Shown: positions 1 through 11,954 of the stretch, piece by piece
Layout of the letters: every line of letters begins with the position of its first letter
Numbering within the stretch: position 1 is the stretch's first letter
NCBI GenBank assembly: GCA_010015585.1
Contig: ML975185.1
Length of the DNA stretch: 55,205 nt
Origin: Eremomyces bilateralis CBS 781.70
Lineage: Eukaryota
Reading direction: 5' to 3' (one strand)
Position numbers and translations under genes: made by a program
The notes under the pieces: generated by a model
Seen by the model: only the letters and a program-made list of their open reading frames with translations
Databases searched by the model: none
What the model was told of the DNA's origin: nothing

Positions 1-75
1 CGTCAGCAGAGGCGTGTCCCCGCGGTCGATCGTCGCGGTGGCGCCGCGTCTGACTTCGACTCCGCCTTCGACCAT
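1..75 (-). CDS. Possible 5' end of a gene running off the left edge of the window
   Basis: ATG in strong AAAAATGG context at 75; frame open to position 1 (MVEGGVEVRRGATATIDRGDTPLLT...). A possible upstream 3' splice site (tccttcctgtag) lies near 187. No recognisable domain. Confidence 0.25.
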   Translation of the reverse strand, partial: MVEGGVEVRRGATATIDRGDTPLLT

Positions 76-2237
76 TTTTCTGACTTGTATCTCGGTACTC
101 GACTCGGGATCGGTCGGAGAGCTCGGCTGAGGTCGCTGCTCGTCGGTCGCCTAGCATCGTGACCGAACTGACCCAAGCTGGTGACGCTACAGGAAGGAGA
201 TGTTCAGTGGAGACTTGGAGAACATGTCAGAACGTGACGTTCTTATGCCACTAATAGCAAGCACGGCCGATCGGAGGTGGGATATTGGTAGACTTAAGGC
301 TTGTATACCTTGAGCTGCGAGGGGCGCATAAGATATTGGACGGTGGGAGTTGCGGTATGAGCCAACGATTCGGAGATGATGCGATTCTCGGAACAGAGTA
401 CTAGATACTGTATGGTTCACCCCAGTCAAGCTTCCTCCCTGTTCTATTCACCAGTGTGGATGTGGTGATAGAGGACGTTGAATTATCGGTCAGGACGAGA
501 GGCCAGCGATGCGGTGCAGGAGCTCGGTGTCACCGTGAAGGATGAAATGTCTCGGGGAGTCGGTGAAGGATCGCGGTCATTTGCGGCTCTTTCCTTCGGC
601 CCGTCTGGGTGGCTGAGGGAGCTAGCCATGTCAGGTAAGGTGCCATCCTATGCAATCGTTGATTGGCCCTAAATGTTTAGCACCCTGGCACGCGCAGGAC
701 CCCTGTCGGCCCCAGCACCGCTCTTTCTCACCTTTGGACTGGCGCTGCTGACACACTCTCCTCGACTGTCTACCACACGAGGGCCAACTCACCAAATGTA
801 TCTTCGCTTCGTCCGAGACGGGAATTATTAGAGCATAGTACCGCCGAAAATCCCCATCAAGCTTTTTTCGCCCGGAGCACTAGACCATACGGGTATGACT
901 TATGAGTATGATGAGCAATGCTGGGTTTGCCTACTACTGTACTCATCTACACCGCCGCGGTTTGGTATCCTTCTGTATGCTGTCACATATGACATGTTCC
1001 CCTTGCCAATTCTCATTCCTGGTCGTCAAACCATGTCCGTGTCCTTTATTCAACCCCGGGAGCCCCGAGCACATCGAGTGGCCCACCGGTCATTCGGTCG
1101 GCTTGATTATTGATATTCAGCAAATTATGTTCACCCGGTACTCCCGCAATGCTTGCTACTTCGCCAATTTTCTGCTCTTGGACGAAGAGCGGGTCTACAA
1201 AGTCATCCCCTCTATATGTTCGAATCGGTGGTCTGATCCTAATAGACGGCTAGACGAGTAGACATTAACCAGGAACCACAGAATACAGCGCCGATCAAAG
1301 CCATCCCTAAGGTTGACGCCAAGTCGTCTTGCCGAGATACATCTAGGTGGCACCGGACATAAAGGGACAGTCGGCGTTCAAGTTTCGCTCACCTGAATAA
1401 AGAAATTGCTCACCGTTTCGGTCCCTCCGCTAGACCAATCGCCCTTTAAGTGCTTTGGCGGCTTCCTCACACAATGCTCACAAATCGCTCATAACTGAAG
1501 GCGGAGACGATCAGCAGCACCGTCGATCACATACCTTGATTCCATATATCAAGATCTTTCCAACCACAGCCAGTACCGGTGGATTGGACTGTGTGTCTTC
1601 GGAGCAACAAAGGAAACGCAATTCCCATCTCTGCGCCAACCGACCTGCTTCTGTCCGCATCAGCCCTATAGACGCGAGCAAATAACTTCCTCCCCGCTGG
1701 ATCCTCGATCCCACAGAGTTCACGCATACACCGTCAAGGAAACACAGGAAGTCCCAAGGCGACGTGTGTACAACCGATGATCGAGCCAAAACACTCATCA
1801 TTGACTCCACCGCTATTCTCGCGACGCGATACGCCACAATACTGGCTAACGGCTGCCAAGGTCGTCCACCATTCGGACCACCAGGGTCTAGATCGCGGGG
1901 TCGGGACGAAGAGGTCTGCGAAAAGCAAACAGCGGAGAATTGGCGACTACTACAACTTGGAAGCAAGTTCCATTATCGGCCACGATCCACGAGGGTAATC
2001 TTTTCTCTTTCTTCTTTCGATCGCGGCTATTGATTAGGGACGTCTCTTTTCTCAACGTCGCGTCGTCGGTTTACACTCGATTAATCGTAGTAGCGACTAA
2101 TCCCGCCATACAGACCTGCAGGTTTAGCAGTGGCTCTCATTGGTCCACTCGAACTCGATACGAGACACGGTCGGTGTCCGATCCACACCCCGCCCAGGCT
2201 GATAGACGATCACTCGATCAGTACCACCGTGGTAACC

Positions 2238-3800
2238 ATGGCCAACCATGAGGACTACCCGATGTCTCGAGATGTAGACACACTGCAGGCCGAAATCCGA
2301 GAGTTACATAGTCAGCTGGCCGACGCGGAAGCGATACGCAATGAGCGAAACCTGCTCAAGAAGGCTGCGGAAGAATTGCGGGAACACATCGAGGCGGCAT
2401 TGAGCCAGATGAGCAAATGCCAGGCCAATGAGAAAGCATCACAGAACACGGCAAGCCGACTCGAGGCGCATCTGGAGGAAGCCAATGCACAAAAGCTGGA
2501 TGTACTCGAGCACAATCACGAGTTGCAGATAGCGTTGAGGGAGAGGGATCGGAAACTTAAGGAACTGCACGCCGAAAACCGGACTCTGAAGAAGACTCAG
2601 GAGGGCGATGGCGTAGGACTAAAGAAGGTGGATAGTCTGCAGCAGGTCTCCGAGGCCGTCCACTCGAGGCTTCAGGACGAATTTCGCGTGGCCTCCACAA
2701 GAGTCAAGGACCTCGAAAGGAGATTAGCAGACGCGGAGACCAAAGCGAAGGTACTTCAAACGGAAAAGGACCAGGTCACCGCTCTACTTCACAATGAGAT
2801 TCGCCGCCAAACGTTCCAAACGAATCAAGAATATCCCGTATCCTCCCCTCTCGGCGCCAAAACCGATCTCGCCGCTTCGATCGCCGAAGTGCAAGCGCGT
2901 GTGCAGGACATGATTACCAGCACGGAAAGTGGCACGACTTACAACGCGCCCTACCAAACCGAAACCGATCCGATGAAACGGATTGCTCAACTAGAGAAGG
3001 AAATCGACTATCATCTCAAGGACATCGTCCTGTACAAGCTCGATGTGAAAGGCTACCGGAAGGACCTCCGGCGGGCGAATTCGAAGATTCAGAAGCTCAA
3101 GCAACATCTTGGTTCGGGGCCGGCGATGTCGCAGCAACCGAGCATCACCTCCATCAACAGCACGTCGACGACGACTACTACCGCTAGCAGCGCTTCTTCG
3201 CCGAGCACCACTAGCAAGGCCGCCGCCATGGGCCTGGGCCTCAGTATCGCGACCTCAAGTCATATTCCCACCGTCCTTCCTCGCAGCGACGATGGCCACG
3301 CCTTCACCGGCACCTCGTTCCCCGACCCGGGTCCTTCGTCCCACCCCCGACCATATCCACACCACCCAACCTCGCATCCTGCCTCCATCCATCGAATCCC
3401 CTTCGTCCCAACCACCCACGACCCTCCCCCCGCCGCGGCTCACAATACGAAGCGTACCTTCCGCCCCGTGACGCCTCCCCCGGCGAGTTCCTTCCAAGCC
3501 TTCGCCTCACGGAGCCCGCTCCCTAGCCCCGGCGGCCGGTCGGCGAGCCGGGGGCCGCATCCATGCAACGGCGGAGATGGGGGACGGCCGCATGCGAGCA
3601 GTGTGGGGGAGGGGAGGAGGGAGGCGGAGGCACGAGGCCCGGAGACGAAGCTGGTGAGGCCGAGGAGGAGTATGAGCGAGTCGACGATGAAAGGGGTTGA
3701 TGGGACGATGGCCAGCGGATCCGCCGGATCGACTCCAGGCGGTCAGGGAGGGCCAAGTGTGTGGGAGACGGTGATGGGGTTACGGGGAAGAGGAAGGTGA
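2238..3800 (+). CDS. Uncharacterised coiled-coil protein with Ser/Pro-rich disordered C-terminus
   Basis: Long intronless ORF; first ATG in ACCATGG context at 2238. Heptad-like E/K/L/Q-rich N-terminal half; segment RIAQLEKEIDYHLKDIVLYKLDVKGYRKDLRRA; low-complexity tail. Confidence 0.8.
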   Translation: MANHEDYPMSRDVDTLQAEIRELHSQLADAEAIRNERNLLKKAAEELREHIEAALSQMSKCQANEKASQNTASRLEAHLEEANAQKLDVLEHNHELQIALRERDRKLKELHAENRTLKKTQEGDGVGLKKVDSLQQVSEAVHSRLQDEFRVASTRVKDLERRLADAETKAKVLQTEKDQVTALLHNEIRRQTFQTNQEYPVSSPLGAKTDLAASIAEVQARVQDMITSTESGTTYNAPYQTETDPMKRIAQLEKEIDYHLKDIVLYKLDVKGYRKDLRRANSKIQKLKQHLGSGPAMSQQPSITSINSTSTTTTTASSASSPSTTSKAAAMGLGLSIATSSHIPTVLPRSDDGHAFTGTSFPDPGPSSHPRPYPHHPTSHPASIHRIPFVPTTHDPPPAAAHNTKRTFRPVTPPPASSFQAFASRSPLPSPGGRSASRGPHPCNGGDGGRPHASSVGEGRREAEARGPETKLVRPRRSMSESTMKGVDGTMASGSAGSTPGGQGGPSVWETVMGLRGRGR

Positions 3801-4970
3801 TGATTGATATGACTGAGTGGAGATGCCAAGGTACGATCGAGAAACTTGAAAAGGAGATGTGGGTTGCAGGCAGGGGGACAAAGCTTGACTTCTTGGGTCT
3901 GTTTAGCGCGAAGTACTGGTCGGTAACTTGTAATATTATGTCTTGAGATACCCCTGATAAAAATAAGTATAGCAATTCACAAACACCAGTGCGAATGACA
4001 TGGTACGACCTTCGTGTACGATACCACAGAGTACCTAGCCGAAATACCATTGACCTAATTCCCGGAACCCCTGGATATCGGGACTCGAAAACCGGGAAAG
4101 CCTTCGGGCTTATCGGGTACCATCCGTCGAAGCCGCCTTGGCTCCTTGGCTTCCTTGGCAACCGGGATAATAACGTGAACACTTTGGCCCGAGTGGCGCC
4201 GCCTCCCGCTTGATAGTCAGCCCTTAAAGCTTAATCACCCTTGGCACACCACTTCGGGTAGAATCAAAAAAGGCCGCGCGTCAGTACGTACAGAATTCTG
4301 CGCCACCACCAATCGGTTGGGTTGACAAGGGACGTATTCCGTATTATTCTGGACGGGATCGATGTTCCTTAATGCTTGGACAAATAGACTTGGACGATCA
4401 TCCGAAGTGCTATCTTTGAAGTAATACTACTAAATACTACCATTGCCTGCGTCGGGTTGTACATACAACATCTTCCTCCACTCCTCCAGAGTCCAGCATG
4501 TCGTACTGGTACTCCTTACTTCAGAGCATTCCCTCTTGCACTCTTCGCTGAGCCCGAGCCTGCTTCCTACCACGGAGTATTATTAATTTATTATTCCCCT
4601 CCCCAGCATTCCTTGGGTGCCTAGTCCTTGGTTCCGACCACTGGTGAAACAGTGAGAACCCTTCGGATAGACTCACGCGACACTTGGTTACAATTCATTG
4701 TACCTCTCTCCATCATTCTTTACTTTCCCCAGGATACGGCCTCATATTCCTTCATCTCGTTTCCGTCTCCATTTCCATCCGGTGGGCGTTCTGGTGACTG
4801 GTCGCGTGGTCTTGGATATCATGCGTTCATGACATTCGTAGATTCGACTTCGCCTATCAATTAGAATTTCTTTTGCGACGGTCCCTGCTTCCACTGAGAA
4901 TCGAGCACGCAAGCCGTGAGCTCCCCCCACCCTCCCTTCCTTCCGTCCTGTCCTTATCACGGGTCCGATC

Positions 4971-6315
4971 ATGATGATTGCGAATCGTTCGAAGTTCCTC
5001 CTCCCCGGAATCATTGCGCTTGCGCTCTCCGTGCTGCTGTTGGCGGCATTTACCAGTATGTTCTCCATATCCCAGTTTCTGTCGCGTGACGTCGATCCCT
5101 GGATCTGGTCGCCCTTGATAGTCCGAGGGGCATCTCCTGTCGCAGCAGGTATCCTGGCATTGCGACTTCTCCAGCCCTGGATTTTCCTTATCGTATGAGA
5201 ACTTTGTGCTAACATGCAACAGAAGGGCCAGCGTACTACAATTACAATGCCGTCGACCCATGGAACCATCTGAAGGGTGCGCCGCCAACAGATTTATCAG
5301 TCTCAACCAGCCCGAACTCCACCAACCCTCTGTCCCCAATCCTCGTCGACCGACCGCATAAAAAGCGGGTCATCACTACGTCCGTCTTCACGTCCAGCTA
5401 CGTCCCGCTCGCCATGATGCTGGGCTACTCGATCATGAAACACAACGATCTGGCCGCCATGGAAGCGGAAATGGTCGCCATGATCCTCAAGGACGACGGC
5501 CAAGGGAATGAAGGCGTGACGGATAATGACGTGGGATACCTGATGAAGGCGGGCTGGCAGCTCCGCGAGGTCGAGCCGCTGGACTTCGAGGGCACGACGG
5601 TCAACGAGTCGCTGATCCTTCCGCACCATCGGTTCAACCTGAACAAATTGCAGATCTTCCGGTGGACCGAGTATGAGAAGTTGCTCTTCATCGATGCCGA
5701 TTGCGCCGTGCGAGGCGATCTCAGCGAGCTGTTCCACATGCCAGGGCGTGAGTCTCCATGCTATGTTCCGTGATAATTGGCTCCGTCGACGGAATGCTAA
5801 CCGTATTGTTTCCCTGTAGCATTTGCCGCCGCTCCGGATGTCTGGTTTGACATACTGGTTGACGACAAGTTCAACTCGGGAGTTATGGTCCTCACCCCGA
5901 ACCTCTCCATCTTCCAGGACATGCTCCAGAAGCTCCCGGCGATTCACCAGCCGGAAGACGGTGACCAGGCCTTCCTCCAAGTGTATTGGAAGTTCCGATA
6001 CTTCGGCTTGCCCTACCGGTACAACCTGAACCAGGTCATGGTAAGTCGATCCTTCCTTCACAACTGAGGATCGGAAACTAATAGTAAATCCAGTTCGCAC
6101 ATTTCCGCTCCGAGTGGGACAAGCTGTGGGACGAGGCCATCATCGTCCATCTGACTACTCACAAACCCAACCCCGACCCGGCCAGATGGTGCCTGCCCCC
6201 TGGCGAAGGGACATACAACTGCGAGGAGTGGGGTCCGCTAGGATGGTACCGGGAGTACTTCACGGAAATGCTCCACGCTTTTGATTTAGTCGGGGAGATC
6301 GATGTGCGGGGTTGA
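4971..6315 (+). CDS. Glycosyltransferase family 8 (glycogenin/GNT1-like), type II membrane protein
   Basis: Spliced model with introns 5149 (or 5056)-5222, 5748-5819 and 6041-6093. N-terminal TM; SYVPLAMMLGYS, KLQIFRWTEYEKLLFIDAD (DxD), FAAAPD...FNSGVMVLTP, GDQAFL, LPYRYN, IVH..HKP; TGA at 6313-6315. Confidence 0.88.
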
Positions 6316-6507
6316 CTCCGCTCTTCTGGATATACCCCTTTTTTTGGCGGATGAATATAGCAATTCATGGCATTGGGCCGGCGTATTTCCGCCCCATCTG
6401 AATGGCGTTGGGAATCGATGGGTCGCCGAGCGGGCGGTCGGCTTGCTGACCATAAACTCGATTGGTAACTTAAGGAGTCGCTATCCAAAAGATGGAGCGA
6501 GACTGTA

Positions 6508-6644
6508 TAGTATGTTATAGCGATAAGATTCCCTGCACGGATTCTCAATCAATGCTGCCAAGAAAATTCGTTTTAGCGATATCCGCGTTATAACGATTGG
6601 ATTCGCCTGTACGGATTCAATTGTTATAGCGAAGGTTGACTGTA
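6508..6644. mobile_element. One terminal remnant of a pogo/Tc1-mariner-like element or MITE
   Basis: Ends ...gttatagcgaaggttgactg-TA (reverse complement TA-CAGTCAACCTTCGCTATAAC, a pogo/Tigger-type TIR start). Subterminal repeats GTTATAGCGA-like at about 6514, 6570, 6587 and 6623; cctgYacggatt twice. No partner TIR seen. Confidence 0.55.
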
Positions 6645-7599
6645 TCATGATTTGGATGTCCGGCTAGCGCGAGATTCGGTCCATAGCACAGCTCTACTCG
6701 GAAACGGTATATCGTGAGAGTCATGACATCCGTACGGTCCGAGAAATACACTTACTGTTGCCCTGCTCGATCGCGGCTTTAGTCCATGCGTCCAACTTTG
6801 TAGTAGAGGCGTGGAGGCTTGGAGCCCTGCAGACTGCAGTAATTAGCATCGGAATTCGGATGGACATGGGTCTCGGCGATCATTCCCAAAAGTCCGCAGT
6901 CCACAGTCCAAACAACGATGGTAAGAAACACGTCTACAATTTCTCATTTGCCCTGTATTTATCTGGCTATCTCAATATTGGAGATGCGCTCATCGCAACA
7001 CCTTATAAGTAGGACCATTAATTCACTATATGCGCTCTTTCGCACGGTTGCGCTCACTCCAGCTATCTCCGAATCGCTCTCCTCCTAACCTCCTTGCCTT
7101 GACGTCCTCTGCAATTTTCAGGATAGAATCCTATTGCACAGGACTCTGCACGAAATGACGAAAGTAAGGGCACATGCAAGGCACCGAAAGTCCCGTCTTG
7201 TTTCATGAATCATGGAGGCGTTCTTTTCACAAAGAAACTAATCATCACTGACAATGCTTATGGTTTTCCGTTGCGCTGTTCCCCTGCGGCGAGCTGACAG
7301 CTGAGGGTTGGCTCGTATTTCCGATGCATGCTGACCGCAGCGGATCAGGGTTATTCGCCCAGGCGGGCAAATCATCACGTATATTCCGTTCTTTAAATGC
7401 AGGCAGTTAGTCAGATCAATCTCCCAGATCCATTTAACCTCCATGTCATCCCAAATCTCGGGTTCTTAGTTCAAGTCTCTACTTCGGCGTTTCTGCTCTG
7501 AAATTCCCTTTGCTTGTGTCCATCACCGCGAGGAGCTCTCGCAGACGGACTCCGATTTCGTTTCTTATACCGTCTATCTCCTAGATCCCTTAGAGCAGA

Positions 7600-8406
7600 A
7601 TGGCTCCTCCATCTGAGGGCCATAGACTAACTCCCTCCCTATCGCCACTCAAGCAGATGGTCCTCGTCGATCAAGCACCGCTAATCAGCCCTGGTCACAA
7701 AACCCCAGACTACGACGAAACCCGGCTACAGAAGAAAGACGACGTGCGTTCCTCCTCCACTACTATCATTTACCACTAATACAAGCGGCAGTCCCTCAAA
7801 CGAATCATCCGTCGCCTCAAGTTCGTCTCCCGCGCCCTCAGCACCCTCCTCTCCCTCGCCACCCTCATCCTCCTCGCCATCACCCTCCAAAGCTTCCTCT
7901 CCACCCGCTCCATTCGCCGACCCGTCCCTCACACCGGCATCCCCCGCGGCCCCTGGTCCCGCGACTCCAAAGTCTGGCCCACCTACCTCTACCTCGGCGT
8001 CGCCATCGCCTCGCTCCTCCTCCACGTAGGCATCTTCATCGCGTACCTCCGCTCCGTCCGCGCGGCGAACCGCGCGGCGACCCTCGCCACCGGGTTCACC
8101 TGGGCTGTGACGCTGATGAACCTGGTGATTTGGGTCGTCGGTGCGGCGACGTATCGCACGGCGAAGGACGACGGAGGGGGGGCCGGGTCGGACTTGTGGG
8201 GCTGGTCGTGCAGCGCGGTTGCGGATGAGATCCAGGGGGTGTTTGGGGAGGTGCGGTTCCAGTCGCTCTGTCAGGTCCAGGGATACAGCTGGTATTTGGG
8301 GATCGTGCAGGTGGTGGCGGCGGTATTGAGTGCCACGATCCTGTACCTAGCGGTGTCGCGGACGAGGACGAAGAACGAGAGGTGGAGGACGGGGGGTACA
8401 ACTTGA
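7600..8406 (+). CDS. 4-TM MARVEL-like membrane protein, hyphal anastomosis HAM-8-like family
   Basis: ATG at 7600; intron 7744-7791. Translation LKRIIRRLKFVSR...PWSRDSKVWPTYLYLGVA...DLWGWSC...FQSLCQVQGYSW; four hydrophobic segments and the DLWGWSC motif. Confidence 0.75.
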
Positions 8407-8539
8407 GATAAAGATTGCAAGAACTTCATTTTTTATATTATATATGATATATACGAATATCCACAGATACCTATGACGAGCAACTCCAAAATTCCCCAAC
8501 ATTTCCTCAATTGATTCTGTTCAGGTTGTTACTAATTAA

Positions 8540-9813
8540 TAATAAGAATCAATTTAACGTACTATTTGGATCCCTTTCGGGTCTATGAGCACGGCATTCT
8601 ATCTGGTCTGCCGCGGGCAAAAGTTTCCCCGTAGCCCTGAGGCTGCGGGTACATAAAATCCCGCCTCCTCCCTTTAGTAGACTATCTCAAACGTTTATCA
8701 TCTATCCATAAGAGTCGGTGTTTCCGCCTACGCGGAGAGCTTATTCTGGCACGTCGTGGAGGAACTGGAACGGTTTCCAGTCCTCTATTACCTCCTCCTC
8801 AACTTCCTTGGCCACCCGGTATTGCTCTAGGCCTCCCGCATCGATCAGCCACCTTGCTGCGTGGCACACCTTGTCCCTGTCATGCAATATCCTCTTAAAG
8901 TCCGTTGTTCCAGCTCGTTGGAGGAGCGCGATCCTCTGGTCGGTCCGCTGCGGGCAAAATGCAAGGAGTTGGTAGAGAGACTGTCGGGGGGCACCACACT
9001 CACACGCTGGGTGGATTCCAGGGACACCAATTTTTGCGAGCCATCCTTTAACTCCAACTACCTCAGTCCGTAGTGCCATGAGCGCCGAGGCCTCGTGTTT
9101 CTGAAGGCCGTCGTACCGGTTAAGGCACTGGGTTTCCCACGGGTCCTTCCATGTCCTTGCTCTCCTTCCTGGTCTGGCCGCTTCGGCTTGCCATCTCTCC
9201 CTCCATTTCGCTCGATACTTGTCCTGGATCATCCGGTGCGGGCCTTTTCGCTATTGTGTCTGATATCCCCCCTAACTGGTTCGGGCCGGGGGAACAGAAG
9301 TCTGTCATACTGGGTCCGAAGCGTACACAACGCGGGTTCAGGTTTAGACCGGATACGGCGGGGTCGGCCTCGAGTTCGTCTCGGGGGAGTAGAAGCAGCA
9401 TCCCAGACTTGCGTCAGGGCTCCCTCAATCTGGGTAGTGACCTTGTGGGAGTTCGTCGATGCTGCTCTTTGGGCGGCCCGTTCTTGGACGTAGAGTTCGA
9501 TTGGGGGAACGTCCGCCTCTCTCTCAAGCGCGGCGATTGGTGTCCGTTTGTAAGCCCCTAGGATCTTTCGTAGACACTTATTCTGAACCTTGGCTAGGTC
9601 CTTCATTTTGCCTTCAGAGATTGGCTCACCCTGCTGACAGACTCCCCAAATAGGGGCGCCGTATGTCATAATGGGTCGTGCAACCGCTGTGTAGAGCAGC
9701 CTCGATTTCCGGACGGATGGTCCCCATACCGATGAAGTTACCCTCGCCAGGGAGTCGAAGGCCTTAAGTCCCCTCTGTGTTGCCCGGAGGATATGGTCCT
9801 TCCATGAGAGGGA
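8540..9813 (-). mobile_element. 5'-truncated non-LTR retrotransposon (Tad1-like LINE)
   Basis: Encodes the RT thumb region (LSWKDHI...WGPSVRKSRLLYTAVARPIMTYGAPIW...VQNKCLRKILGAYKRTPIAALERE) and a C-terminal Zn-knuckle-like region (LRTEVVGVKGWL...CECGAPRQSLYQLLAFCP), with one frameshift near 9235. About 200-bp 3' UTR ending in TTA repeats; 14-bp TSD ttgttactaattaa at 8526-8539 and 9814-9827. Confidence 0.92.
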
Positions 9814-10429
9814 TTGTTACTAATTAAGCCTAGTTAGTTAAATAAGGACTAACTAACTAACTTAAGTTAAGGTTGTTATTCCTGGAGTGGATCATCTAAC
9901 AACCATCGAAAGTCGCTAATTGGCTGTGAGCCAAGATCAGCAGCTTTCCTGGTTCCCGGGCTGTGCGTCCGGGCAGTGCCCATGACAAACAACCCTATCT
10001 TGACCTCATCTCAAGTTCGCAACAGACACCCTTATTCAGCTTACTGTCAACTGATGTTATGCTGTTTGGCAACAAGGATTGAAACGGTTAAACCTCTGTT
10101 ATGATTGATTTTATGACTCCCTAGTTTACACATTGCGCTTTTTGAGATTGGCCTCCTTCATGTTTGTCATGGTCCATCGAAAGTGAATGCTCCTTCAACA
10201 TGTGCCACCATCCTCCACGTTGCAACCTCACTGTAGCCGAACCAGCATATTCATACAAGACGATGCTTGTGAAAAGCCGCAGTACATTAAAGACAGGAAG
10301 GAAAGGAAATAAAGAAAAACGAAAACGAAAGTTGGAAACAGCCATGGAGCGATCAGTCTATTTCGACTGCAGGCGGATCAGATGATGTCTGATGCTGGTG
10401 CTAATGAATCAGGTCCTACGATGGTAGAA

Positions 10430-11762
10430 TCAGAAGGCAAGGGCAGCGACAACTCCGATGACGACCGCGACCGTAGAGACGAGAGACTTGGTTCCCGGGC
10501 CTGTATAGACAGACATTGTGGGGCTCGGAGGCACAGCACTCGTTCTATTCGTGGACACTGGAATAGTGGAGCTGCCAATCAAGGGAGAACCCCCGGTAGC
10601 GGAGCTTCGAGGAGCCGATGAAGAGCTGCTGCCTGAATGAATGTTGGGAGAGCCCTCAGTCATGGAGACTGGAGTTGACGAGGTCGAGGTCGAGGTCTCC
10701 GTCGCAATTGCCGTGGAAGTGAGGTGGAGCGTGGAGTCACTTTCGATTTCGGACGAGAGTTCGGAAGCCCCGCTGCAAGGCACCTCAGTCACACACTGAG
10801 CGACTTGAGAAGAGTTGGCCCAGGTGGGCATCGACATTGAAGCGGATGCAACGCCGGTCGAGAGTAGCAATGAAGACGGCGGCAGAATAGAGCTGTACGA
10901 GACTGAAGGAATTGAGAAGCTCCCAGGGCCAGCGGCGGTAGGTGAGAAAACACACACCGTGGTCGTTGAAAAGATTGTGGTGGTCTGGATGACTGTAAAC
11001 GCGGCAGGGCAGCGGACTGACGCGGGACAGCTGAGGACGGTGGATGCAACGGTTGTGTGCAGAGTAGAAATGGCGGGAACTGGAGTCACAGTGACAGTGA
11101 TTGCTTCAGTTTCAGGCTCAGAGGCAGTGGGAGCGACGCCAGTAGAAACCCCCGTGAAGGAACCGTTCACGAAGCTGGGCATTCCGATCGTGCCGGTCCC
11201 GATGATACCGGTCCCGATTGGACCTGTCCCGATGATGCCGGTCCCGATAAAGGCTGAGCCACTACCAGGGACGGCAACAGAAGATTGGTTGAATCCGACC
11301 CCAGTACCGGACGGAATTGGGATGATCGTGACCGTGGCAGTGGAGGTGGCGCCAGAAATCACAGTGCCTTCAAATTGAGACAGACTTGGCAGCACGGGAG
11401 AGCCTTCGGTGCTAGAAGCATCCTCAGCAGCGACAGAGCTCCCATATCCATGATCTACAGCAAGGTTAGCTTGGTCTGGGGCCAATGGAGTGATGTGATG
11501 AGTTTGTCTTGAGATATTGGGGGTTGTTTCTGTTGTTGCAGGCATCCGCATCACTAAGAATTTCACTTACCATGGCTAGAGCTGGAGGATCCGATGTCAA
11601 CGGGACGAGCTGCGATGACATCGCCCATCAAACGATCTAAATTGGCGATGTTAGAAGATGGTGCAGGCAATTGATGATGAAGAACTCACTGCGATCATAA
11701 AACTGACTCCCAGCAGCGGACGAGGCTGCGGCCATGAAAACAGCCAGCTTGGAGAACTGCAT
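10430..11762 (-). CDS. Secreted Ser/Thr-rich, probably GPI-anchored cell-wall protein
   Basis: Signal peptide MQFSKLAVFMAAASSAAGS from ATG 11762; introns 11689-11637 and 11570-11455 join the 378-aa ORF in frame. GTGII repeats, TVLSCPASVRCP...TTTVC motif, hydrophobic C-terminal tail. Confidence 0.85.
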
Positions 11763-11929
11763 GTTGTCGAGGAGATCTCGACACAAGTGGGATCACGAAC
11801 TTGAGTAATGAGAATTAGCTGATAGCTGACACCGATTGAGCGAAAGTGAACGAGCGATGAAGGTTGATGAAGAGCGAGTGACTGGTGAGAGGAATTGGGA
11901 ATTGAGCGAGTGAGAGAGGATGGGAGAAC

Positions 11930-11954
11930 GAGAGAGAGAGAGAGAGAGAGAGAG
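11930..11954. repeat. (GA)n microsatellite, about 12 units; (CT)n on the sense strand in the leader of the GPI gene
   Basis: Directly visible. Confidence 0.95.

Noticed and set aside
4098..4111. AAGCC-TTCG-GGCTT cUUCGg hairpin suggesting an ncRNA
   Set aside because: Only a 5-bp stem, and I could not build a larger fold or match a known RNA family.
5303..6100. 265-aa minus-strand ORF
   Set aside because: Antisense shadow of the GC3-rich GT8 gene; no motifs.
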